Source of the DNA: a virus | Virus record (IMG/VR): IMGVR_UViG_3300020165_000009 | Strand: one strand, 5' to 3' | DNA: 64,000 nucleotides | Shown: positions 56,225 through 64,000 of the stretch, in pieces | Layout of the letters: each line of letters starts with the position of its first letter | Position numbering within the stretch: the first letter of the stretch is position 1 | Notes under the pieces: model-generated | The model's database searches: none | What the model saw: the letters and a program-made list of their open reading frames with translations, nothing else | Told to the model about the DNA's origin: nothing | Translations under genes and position numbers: made by a program

Positions 56225-56797
56225 ATGAATATACAGGAAGAGTATACTAATCGAAAAAATAATAGTTCTGATATTAATGAACATTTAGAGACATTATACA
56301 AATATGGTAAAAAGTGTAAATCTATAACAGAGCTCGGCTCACGTCACGGTGACAGTACTGTTGCTCTACTTAACAGTCAACCGGAAACAATGGTTAGTTA
56401 TGACCTTTTTAAATCTGAATTTATTGATGAAATTAAATTAAAGAATTATAAGTTTATAACAGATGATTCCCTTAAAATTAGTATTGAAAAAACTGATTTA
56501 CTTTTTATAGATACCCTTCATAGATATTTTCAATTATATAATGAATTAGGTTTACATGCTAAAAATGTACGTAAGTATATTATTTTACATGATACTGAAA
56601 CGTACGGTTATTCAGATGAGCCTTTATATGCCTCGCATATAGCTGTAAAAATGAGTGATAAGGTAATTGCTACTAAAAAGAAAGGTCTTAAACAAGCTGT
56701 AAATGATTTTCTACATGAAACAAAAGAAGGTAAAAACTGGGCTGTTCATGAGGAATTTAAAAACAATAATGGCCTCACAATTCTATCGAGAATTTAA
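56225..56797 (+). CDS. class I SAM-dependent methyltransferase (Methyltransf_24-like)
   Basis: SDINEHL, ELGSR.G.ST, DLLFIDT.H.Y.QL..EL..H, IILHDT, NNGLT. Confidence 0.78.
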   Translation: MNIQEEYTNRKNNSSDINEHLETLYKYGKKCKSITELGSRHGDSTVALLNSQPETMVSYDLFKSEFIDEIKLKNYKFITDDSLKISIEKTDLLFIDTLHRYFQLYNELGLHAKNVRKYIILHDTETYGYSDEPLYASHIAVKMSDKVIATKKKGLKQAVNDFLHETKEGKNWAVHEEFKNNNGLTILSRI

Positions 56798-56848
56798 ATG
56801 AGAATAACTAGTTGATAAGTTATTATTAATACGCTATAATAAGAATAT

Positions 56849-57436
56849 ATGATTATTAAAGATATTCAAGTTTACGACGGCCCTCTCATTCATAAGAGAT
56901 TCGCATACGATTATTTCCGTAATAAAGTATTACCTACTGGTAATATAATTGCTTTTAGATGTCCGATGGATGTGAGCATTGATGGTATGATTGACCAAGA
57001 AGATGTGCTGCAGGGAGATTATATATATAGTGATGATGCAGTTAACTTCTGTTGGGAGATTCCAAACTTAGATAGGTTTGGAGCCGTAGCGTTTCAGCGC
57101 TTACTCAACACTCAGATTGCTAGTATACTATCTGGTTTAACCAATAAGCCGATTGAGGTAGATGGAGACGACCTCATGGTTCATGATGAATTTGAAGGAA
57201 ATGACGGTAAGCTACAAGCTGTTGGTAAGTGTAGTGTTAGTATTACATACTCAAAAGATAATGTAGCTATTGGGCATACGGGTATTAATATTAATGCTGG
57301 TAGTAAAGCTCCTGCATTTGCTTATAGTACTAAACTTAATGAGGAGCAGACTCAAGAGTTTATGACTAGGGTTATTGATACCTTTTACGGTATGGTAGAT
57401 GATATCTTCATCGCTACTACTAAGATTAATCTATAA
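56849..57436 (+). CDS. DUF366-family protein (biotin/lipoate-ligase-like fold)
   Basis: YDG..I...FAY, I.AFR.P.DV...MID.ED....D.I.S, QRL, GDDL, GK.SVSI, HTGIN; TTGATA-N17-TATAAT upstream. Confidence 0.65.
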   Translation: MIIKDIQVYDGPLIHKRFAYDYFRNKVLPTGNIIAFRCPMDVSIDGMIDQEDVLQGDYIYSDDAVNFCWEIPNLDRFGAVAFQRLLNTQIASILSGLTNKPIEVDGDDLMVHDEFEGNDGKLQAVGKCSVSITYSKDNVAIGHTGININAGSKAPAFAYSTKLNEEQTQEFMTRVIDTFYGMVDDIFIATTKINL

Positions 57437-57798
57437 TGACTATTTTTCAGTATCTAAATAGCTTACTCTATAGTAAGAAGGTAATAGATATGAACTGCGA
57501 CGATGAGTCGCAGTTCAACCTGTTTATGGTCAATCGATGGGCTAGTATGTACTCACCTGAGATGGCTAATTATATTAACGAGTCGAGTAATAGGTATTGG
57601 AGCTTGTTTGATGATAAGCAGAATCAATATAACTATCTGTATAACCTATTGCCTCGTTTGAGATTTAAAAAGATTAGCTATCTCAAGAAGATTAAAAAGG
57701 ATAAAGTGAAGAAGGAAGAAGAGCCAATCCTACCTGAGTTTATATCTAAGAGGGAGTACAAACATAATGTTGACTTACAGAAAGTGCTTTATAAATAG
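57436..57798 (+). CDS. gp62: clamp-loader small subunit (gp62-like)
   Basis: IFQYLNS...FMVNRW.S......YINE...QY.YL...LP....K..YLKK. Confidence 0.6.
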   Translation: MTIFQYLNSLLYSKKVIDMNCDDESQFNLFMVNRWASMYSPEMANYINESSNRYWSLFDDKQNQYNYLYNLLPRLRFKKISYLKKIKKDKVKKEEEPILPEFISKREYKHNVDLQKVLYK

Positions 57799-57803
57799 TC
57801 TAT

Positions 57804-58238
57804 ATGGCTGAAGCATCTATTGACAACCTAGCAACAAAAAGAAGTCTAATTGATCTGAGCTCTCATAGCGATGGAGACTTCGATTTAAGTAAAGAGTTTA
57901 TTTTATCGTTTGTATATGACGATATTATTTTAGTTGAGTATATTGATGAAGCACCGGATGCTTCCGGTGATAATATTATGAGAGATGGTATTTATATACC
58001 CACTAATACTCTCACAAAAACGTGGCGTAAAGCTAAGGTCATTCTGGCTGGCCCGGAATGTAAATATACAAAAGCAGGTGACATCGTTATGTTTCCTAAT
58101 GATAAAGGAGCGTCAGTTGCAAATATTCAGATCGCTGATTATGGTACAATAAACAAGGGTATGTTTTTGAATGAGCAAAGATTGTTCGGTATTTGCAAGA
58201 GACGAGAAGATATAGAAGACGGTAATGCCAAAAGTTAG
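57804..58238 (+). CDS. groES: GroES-like co-chaperonin
   Basis: DIILVE...GIYIP......AKVILAGP......GDIV.F; late box upstream. Confidence 0.7.
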   Translation: MAEASIDNLATKRSLIDLSSHSDGDFDLSKEFILSFVYDDIILVEYIDEAPDASGDNIMRDGIYIPTNTLTKTWRKAKVILAGPECKYTKAGDIVMFPNDKGASVANIQIADYGTINKGMFLNEQRLFGICKRREDIEDGNAKS

Positions 58239-58590
58239 CCGTCAGAGTTTATTGCAGTTATTAGATAATAATGTCTGTGAAATAACATTTATCAAGCGTA
58301 CAACAGGTGAAGTGCGTACGATGCTCTGCACGAATGATCAGACTATTTTAAATAGTGTAAACGGTCGTACCACATTAAACTATAAACCACCTTCTAGGCT
58401 GCCTGAGTATGCACCAGGGCCAAAGAACCTAGTATTAACTTGGGACGTCTTCATGCAAGATTGGCGAATGGTTAACATGGATACTTGTAACCTTATTAAG
58501 AGTATACCACGTGATGAGTTCTGGGAGTATTTTAACACTAGTGTTTATACTATGACGACAGAACAGAAACAACAATTTATGGGTAAATGA
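58225..58590 (+). CDS. WYL-like/SH3 beta-barrel protein (DUF2693-like)
   Basis: VCEITF.KR..GE.R.MLCT...WD...DWR. Confidence 0.6.
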   Translation: MPKVSRQSLLQLLDNNVCEITFIKRTTGEVRTMLCTNDQTILNSVNGRTTLNYKPPSRLPEYAPGPKNLVLTWDVFMQDWRMVNMDTCNLIKSIPRDEFWEYFNTSVYTMTTEQKQQFMGK

Positions 58591-58934
58591 GACAGGTAGC
58601 AGCTATAGAGACACAATTGAACGACTTCCTGCTAAGGGACGTAGTATTTCTCCTGAGTAATGGAAAGACCCTTAAAAAAGGTAAATTAATTTTATTTAAG
58701 TTTAAGGAATTTCATTTTGTATTTACGCTAAGGAATCATAAAGATGAAACACGCGTGTATGAAATACCCTACCCGTATAACTGGGAACGGCAAGACGCTG
58801 GTAATTTAAAGTTCTCATATGACCTAGCGGAGCTCGCTGGTACTAGTAAGACCCTATTTTACCGTATAAAGGTACTTGACAAATCTAATTGTAATAAATT
58901 TTACGATTCAAGCCTTGTTTTATCTGTTGTGTAG
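58587..58934 (+). CDS. hypothetical protein
   Basis: 115 aa; ATGA overlap with the upstream stop. Confidence 0.55.
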   Translation: MRQVAAIETQLNDFLLRDVVFLLSNGKTLKKGKLILFKFKEFHFVFTLRNHKDETRVYEIPYPYNWERQDAGNLKFSYDLAELAGTSKTLFYRIKVLDKSNCNKFYDSSLVLSVV

Positions 58935-58948
58935 CTTATACTGGTTAC

Positions 58949-60571
58949 ATGGTAGGTAAACTTTTAAATAACTTTCCTCAGGGATATACCCCGAGTAGTC
59001 AACAAGATAAGATAATTAGAAAAATTGACGGAGCATTTAGCTCTGGAAATAAATTCGTTATATGTTGTGCGCCTACCGGAAGTGGTAAGAGCTTTATATC
59101 AAAAACTCTCGCGAATGCTTCAACTCCTTTTACTGATAACTTTACTGAGTTGGTTAATACATATGCAGCCTTTAAGATGGATTCTAACGGTAATTATGCG
59201 CATGCGAGCGAATGCAAAAATGACCTACCTGCCGGCGCGTTTGCATTAACTATTACAAAGGCTCTGCAAGACCAATACCAGGATTTATTCGAAGATACAG
59301 CTGTACTGAAAGGTAAGGCGAACTATAGAAGTACTATTGACGAGAATATTGATGTCGAGCAAGAGTCTGTAGTAATGCCGAAGAAGATTCTAGATGCTCA
59401 TAGACAGGCTAATAAATGTGACTATCATAATGACCGTAATGCTGCTCTTACTAGTAAGTTCACGGCTTTAAACTATAAGATGTTCTTAGCGTTGCCCGAT
59501 CATGTCAAGTATAAGAACTACATTATATGTGACGAGGCATCTGAGTTAGAAGATGAAATCATAAAGCAATTTTCTGTAGCGATTGATATTCAAAGATTGC
59601 AGAAACTTAAAGTTAAGATCTTCCCGCTCGCATCTACTAAAAATACTGCTGTTAAAAAGTGGTTAAATGAAGTACAGTCAACCATTATTGAGCATATTAA
59701 CATATTGACTGATGGTATTAAATTAGGCCTCTCAAATAACGAGTTATCTAAGTTAAAATATCTTAGGAGCTTGCATAGTACTTTAGTATTGATTAGTGAT
59801 ACCTGGCAGCAGTGCGAGTATATTGTACAGGTAGAGGATAAGTTTAATATCAGACTTACTCCGCTCAAAGTTGATACCCTCTCGAGCTATATCTTCAAGT
59901 ATGCTGAGAAAGTTTTATTGATGTCAGCTACAGTTATTGATCATAAGAACTTAGCTAAGACTCTAGGTATTAAGGAATATAAATATGTCGAGTCTGGTAG
60001 CTCATTCGACCCAGCTAAAGCACCTATATACATATCTAGATCTAATCGGCTTAATCATGCTAACCTACAAAAAGCTCTACCATCGATTGTAGAGCAGATA
60101 AAGGAGATTTGTAAGAATCATAGCGGTGATAAAGGTATTATACATACACATACAAATTACATTACCGGGTACCTTCAAAGAGGTTTGAGTGATTCGAGGT
60201 TTCTTTACCGAGATGGTATGACCCGTAATGAAGAGATCTTAGAAGAGCATACAGCGTCAGATCAACCAACAGTATTAGTAAGTCCATCCTTAGGACTAGG
60301 AGTCGATCTTAAGGGAGACCTAGCACGTTTTCAGATTATTATTAAAGCTGCGTACCTACCACTCGGGGATGATAGAGTAAAAAAGATGTTTGAGCAGGAT
60401 AAGCAATGGTATGCTAATAAGATGCTTTCAAACTTTATACAACAATGCGGTAGAGGTATACGTAATCAGGATGATCATTGCGTTACGTATGTTCTCGACG
60501 CTAATATATATGATGCGGTTATACGTAATAAATCAAAACTACCCAAGTACTTCCTAGATAGATTCGTATAA
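58949..60571 (+). CDS. DinG/Rad3-like SF2 helicase
   Basis: APTGSGKS, LQ.QY, LKGK.NY, DEAS, MSAT, G.DL, QQCGRGIR. Confidence 0.85.
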   Translation: MVGKLLNNFPQGYTPSSQQDKIIRKIDGAFSSGNKFVICCAPTGSGKSFISKTLANASTPFTDNFTELVNTYAAFKMDSNGNYAHASECKNDLPAGAFALTITKALQDQYQDLFEDTAVLKGKANYRSTIDENIDVEQESVVMPKKILDAHRQANKCDYHNDRNAALTSKFTALNYKMFLALPDHVKYKNYIICDEASELEDEIIKQFSVAIDIQRLQKLKVKIFPLASTKNTAVKKWLNEVQSTIIEHINILTDGIKLGLSNNELSKLKYLRSLHSTLVLISDTWQQCEYIVQVEDKFNIRLTPLKVDTLSSYIFKYAEKVLLMSATVIDHKNLAKTLGIKEYKYVESGSSFDPAKAPIYISRSNRLNHANLQKALPSIVEQIKEICKNHSGDKGIIHTHTNYITGYLQRGLSDSRFLYRDGMTRNEEILEEHTASDQPTVLVSPSLGLGVDLKGDLARFQIIIKAAYLPLGDDRVKKMFEQDKQWYANKMLSNFIQQCGRGIRNQDDHCVTYVLDANIYDAVIRNKSKLPKYFLDRFV

Positions 60572-60599
60572 CCGGCTGTATTTGTATAAATATTTGTCG

Positions 60600-61259
60600 A
60601 TGGAGACATTTAAACAATACTACTACCTCGATGAAAATTTAAAGAGTGCAATCGCTGCTGGTGCACTAGGCCTAGCTTCGCTTGCTGGCGGTACAACAGC
60701 AGACGCGTCTGGTATTACGTTCTCCTCACCCTCTAAAGCTGCTCTAAAGGTATCTCCATCACCTATATATAATCCTAGTTTTATTCAGGAAGTAAAGAGC
60801 GCCGAAAATTCCGTAATGTCTGGTTGGAAAAAAAATAAATTCTACCCTTACTCGAGCGCAGAGGGCGGCACAAATACAATAGGGTACGGCCATAAACTCA
60901 CTAGTAACGAGGCCAGGTCTGGTAAGTTCACGCCCGGATTAACCGAAGCACAGGCCACTGCTCTACTTTTAAAAGATCTTCGCCACTCTGAGGGTAGGTT
61001 GAAGAAGCATTTAAGAGATAAATTTAAAGTAGACTATAATCAACTAGGTGTCGATCAAAAACAAATACTGCTCGATTTCACTTTCAACGTAGGTAATGTA
61101 GTTGCTAAATTTCCCAAGTTTACGCAACATGTACTCAATAAGAACAAGGTAGGTATGCTTGAGGAGTATGAGAGAACGTACCGAGATGCGAGAGGAGTAA
61201 AACATCCAATACAAGACCGAAACGAGAGAACACGCCGCTTTATTGAGGAGCGGTTTTAG
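60600..61259 (+). CDS. lysozyme-like peptidoglycan hydrolase with N-terminal targeting-like peptide
   Basis: E......Y....G..TIGYGHKL, LL.KDL, DF.FN.G; start reassigned to METFKQYY, 7 nt after TATAAATA. Confidence 0.7.
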   Translation: METFKQYYYLDENLKSAIAAGALGLASLAGGTTADASGITFSSPSKAALKVSPSPIYNPSFIQEVKSAENSVMSGWKKNKFYPYSSAEGGTNTIGYGHKLTSNEARSGKFTPGLTEAQATALLLKDLRHSEGRLKKHLRDKFKVDYNQLGVDQKQILLDFTFNVGNVVAKFPKFTQHVLNKNKVGMLEEYERTYRDARGVKHPIQDRNERTRRFIEERF

Positions 61260-61488
61260 ATTTCTTCTTCTTTTTCTTCTGCCTTACCGGTAGAGTAACA
61301 AACATCGTCTTCATTTTTCCGCCCGGCTGACCCTTAAATCCAGAAATAGATTTTGTACTATGCGGTTCGTTCAATTGAGGATTAACAGTACCGTACTTAC
61401 CACTAGGTCTGACCTTAGCCGGTCTCTTAGTATCAGTAGGAGCAGTAAAGTCCTCTAGAAGTTGATTATACAAATCATTAAAGGTCAT
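61240..61488 (-). CDS. small basic late protein
   Basis: MTFNDLYNQLLEDF; TAAATA 5 nt upstream; poly-Lys tail. Confidence 0.55.
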   Translation of the reverse strand: MTFNDLYNQLLEDFTAPTDTKRPAKVRPSGKYGTVNPQLNEPHSTKSISGFKGQPGGKMKTMFVTLPVRQKKKKKKSKTAPQ

Positions 61489-61540
61489 ACTACTATTTAG
61501 AGTTTAAAGTTGAAAATCCCACAATATACCATATAATTAT

Positions 61541-61912
61541 ATGATGCCCAGCACCCAAAAGATTAATTGCGTCGTCACAGGTAAACCTACCGTTTACTCT
61601 GGTGACTTCCTCCAAAAGAAGATAGATGAATACGGTAGTGAGGATAATCTCACAAAATACTATATTTGCAGAGAAGTTAAGGCCTTTCTTAAGAAGGGTT
61701 ATAAGTGTGAGGATATACGAAAGGTGTTAAACGTATGCGAGAGTGTACTATACCCCGCTGAGGATATTATAACACATATACAGGAGAAGTTTGGTAAGAA
61801 AAGTATCTTAAAGGATCATCCTAGCTTTAATAACGCGTTGACCGGATTTACTTATAATAAAACTGATTCTGACGTTGAACATTTTATAAAGGAGTATATA
61901 ATCAAGGTATGA
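61541..61912 (+). CDS. hypothetical protein
   Basis: TTGAAA-N16-TATAAT upstream. Confidence 0.55.
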   Translation: MMPSTQKINCVVTGKPTVYSGDFLQKKIDEYGSEDNLTKYYICREVKAFLKKGYKCEDIRKVLNVCESVLYPAEDIITHIQEKFGKKSILKDHPSFNNALTGFTYNKTDSDVEHFIKEYIIKV

Positions 61913-62127
61913 ACTTAACTGCTCGAATTAATAACGATAAGGTGGAAATCTTTGATGTGCAAACCGGGGGCATCCATGCATCCCATAGTCTTCCGCCAGG
62001 TAAATATAGTGGACCTACTATCTCCGGTAATATGGTTTCTGTGACTATTATGACCCCTTATACTGGTGATAAGATTAGAACTATCGATCTCAAGACAGGC
62101 GCAATGGTTAGTGAAATCTCAATGTAA
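61909..62127 (+). CDS. hypothetical protein
   Basis: 72 aa, coupled on both sides. Confidence 0.5.
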   Translation: MNLTARINNDKVEIFDVQTGGIHASHSLPPGKYSGPTISGNMVSVTIMTPYTGDKIRTIDLKTGAMVSEISM

Positions 62128-62642
62128 TGGTTGATATAAGATTAGTTGACCAACCTGTCGATACTGATAAGTTTGAATCATTCGATGGTGATATGCCTAC
62201 CCTGTTTCTGGGATTCGCTATTAAAAATGAATATGACCATAAACGTCTCTCTATTAATAAAAAATATAAACCAAGAAAGATACTACTAGCGTTTGAGAAG
62301 GAAGCAGATGAATATGCCATATTACCGTTATATGGGCTTTTTCTACAGTTGAATAAGAACGGTAAGGAGTTGGCTGATACTCTTCTAAAGCAGCAAAAAG
62401 AAAAAGCAGTAGATATTTCGACATACGAGCAGATATTAGATGAGTATGGTATGACATGTCACGACGCATATTCGTATCTTAATAACCGTATATTCCCTAT
62501 TGACTTTAACGCATTTACACGCCTAACAGATAATCCTATTATCAATGATAAGAAGATTCTCCAGCACTTACTCAAATTAAATGAGAGTGAATTTAATTTT
62601 CAGAGATTCGGTGCTTTTAAACTATTAATCCTAACAAAATAA
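62127..62642 (+). CDS. hypothetical protein
   Basis: 171 aa, TAATG coupling. Confidence 0.55.
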   Translation: MVDIRLVDQPVDTDKFESFDGDMPTLFLGFAIKNEYDHKRLSINKKYKPRKILLAFEKEADEYAILPLYGLFLQLNKNGKELADTLLKQQKEKAVDISTYEQILDEYGMTCHDAYSYLNNRIFPIDFNAFTRLTDNPIINDKKILQHLLKLNESEFNFQRFGAFKLLILTK

Positions 62643-62659
62643 AGTAAATAAACTCATAT

Positions 62660-64000
62660 ATGAACATCGTGAAGAGAAACGGGGAATTAGTACCCTATAA
62701 CGTAGACAAAATTCACCGAGTTATTGAATGGGCTGTAGAAGGTATTAAAGGCGTAACGGCGTCTGATATCGAAATTAATGCTGATCTGCAGAAGAAAGAA
62801 GGTATGACGACAGTCGAAATTCACGACGTCTTAGTTGATTCAGCTGCAAATTTAATCAGCCTTAGTTCACCTAATTATCAATATGTTGCAGCGCGTCTAT
62901 TATCATACCATCTACGTAAAGAGGTATGGGGTGGTAAGAATCCTCCTAAGCTTGTCGACTTCATTAATGAGAATGTACATGATCATGATGTATATGATGA
63001 AGATATATTGATGATGTATAATAAGACAGAGATTAATAAACTCGACGAATACATCGATCACAGCCGTGATGAAAACTTCACTTATGCAGGTATGCGGCAG
63101 CTGTGTGATAAGTACCTTATTCAAGACAGATCTACTGGAAAGCTTTATGAGACCCCTCAATTTGCTTATATGATTATTGCTATGGTGTGCTTTGGTCAAT
63201 ATACTGGCGATACGCGGATTGCTTATATAAAGAAAGCTTACGATTACTTCTCAAAGTTTAAGATTAATATACCTACACCGTTAATGGCTGGTGTACGTAC
63301 CAAGATCAGGCAGTATGCATCTTGTTGTCTAATTGATATCGATGATACACTACCTTCTATCTTCTCGTCTTCCGCAGCAGCTGGTTTCGCTACAGGTTCA
63401 AGATACGGTATTGGTTTAAACATTGGCCGTGTGAGACCAATTAACTCTCCTATTAGAAATGGTGAGGTCTTACATACAGGTGTTATCCCGTTCCTTAAGT
63501 TAATGGAATCCACCGTCAAGTCTTGCCATCAGAATGGTATTAGAGGTGGTTCTGCTACAGTTAACTTTCCCTTCTGGCACTATGAGGCTGAAGATATGCT
63601 AGTACTTAAGAATAACTCTGGTACAGATGATAACCGTGTCAGAAAGCTCGACTACTGTATTCAATTTAGTGAGCTGTTCTATAAGAGGTTTCTTAGGAAT
63701 GAAGACATTACTCTATTCTCTCCGAATGAAGCGAAAGATTTATATGATGCCTTCGGACATGAAAACTTCGATGAACTGTACGAGCAGTATGAACGTAAGA
63801 CCTCATTAAAGTTTAAGAAGACTATACCGGCTCGATCTTTAATGTCCCTCTTCGTTAAAGAGCGCGTTGAGACTGGTCGGATTTACTTCATGAATATTGA
63901 CCACTGTAATCAGCGTTCTGCGTGGGATACAGATGTTAAGATGACTAACCTATGCGTTGAGGTATTACACCCTACAAAGCCTCTGCAAGATACTTCTGAT
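62660..64000 (+). CDS. nrdA: class Ia ribonucleotide reductase alpha subunit, 3'-truncated by window edge
   Basis: ATG at 62660, ATP cone MNIVKRNGE..., YETPQ, PTP.MAG.RT, SCCLI, HQNG.RGG.A, TNLCVE; absent from the ORF track because it runs off the end. Confidence 0.93.
   Translation, partial: MNIVKRNGELVPYNVDKIHRVIEWAVEGIKGVTASDIEINADLQKKEGMTTVEIHDVLVDSAANLISLSSPNYQYVAARLLSYHLRKEVWGGKNPPKLVDFINENVHDHDVYDEDILMMYNKTEINKLDEYIDHSRDENFTYAGMRQLCDKYLIQDRSTGKLYETPQFAYMIIAMVCFGQYTGDTRIAYIKKAYDYFSKFKINIPTPLMAGVRTKIRQYASCCLIDIDDTLPSIFSSSAAAGFATGSRYGIGLNIGRVRPINSPIRNGEVLHTGVIPFLKLMESTVKSCHQNGIRGGSATVNFPFWHYEAEDMLVLKNNSGTDDNRVRKLDYCIQFSELFYKRFLRNEDITLFSPNEAKDLYDAFGHENFDELYEQYERKTSLKFKKTIPARSLMSLFVKERVETGRIYFMNIDHCNQRSAWDTDVKMTNLCVEVLHPTKPLQDTSD

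Noticed and set aside
62912-63809. ORF-track entries 62912..63199, 63244..63519 and 63627..63809
   Set aside because: Antisense or out-of-frame shadows of nrdA, which runs from 62660 to the window end
1-64000. Stop-codon reassignment
   Set aside because: Core genes are full length in the standard code, and TAA, TAG and TGA all terminate genes at expected positions

Overview
This window is a 64 kb stretch of a large, AT-rich, T4-like (Tevenvirinae/Kyanoviridae-type) dsDNA bacteriophage genome. It starts inside a minus-strand gene and ends inside nrdA. The core replication, recombination and transcription genes are gp41, uvsX, gp43, gp46, gp47, gp55, uvsW, uvsY, gp62-like, a GroES-like chaperonin, nrdA and a DinG-like helicase. 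Around them are five accessory systems. (1) A 7-deazaguanine pathway (folE, queD, queE, queC). Its queC sits on the same strand as a class II glutamine amidotransferase, a PurN/DpdN-like formyltransferase, a dGTP/dATP diphosphohydrolase and a glycosyltransferase inside the helicase operon; no dpdA or queF is visible in the window. (2) A cassette downstream of a Cys/Gly-rich tail-fibre-like gene, holding two radical SAM/SPASM-twitch enzymes, a PLP enzyme and glycosyltransferases, bracketed by two tail-chaperone-like paralogues. (3) A nucleotide-sugar operon with a DegT aminotransferase, a PIG-L deacetylase and an amidinotransferase (a possible guanidino sugar). (4) About 12 glycosyltransferases in total. 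(5) About 15 proteins, most behind late promoters, with an N-terminal peptide resembling the T4 capsid-targeting sequence; these include a Mn-SOD, a lysozyme, an aspartic protease, a nuclease and a ligase-like/HIGH-nucleotidyltransferase fusion. Promoter -10 boxes (TAAATA late, TATAAT early/middle) sit mostly 5-8 nt from start codons, implying largely leaderless mRNAs. A repeated GGAAC-N5-TATAAT promoter motif and an antisense promoter followed by a G-tract (candidate origin) are also visible. There is one tRNA-Asn(GTT). All product calls come from reading motifs by eye; no database searches were run.
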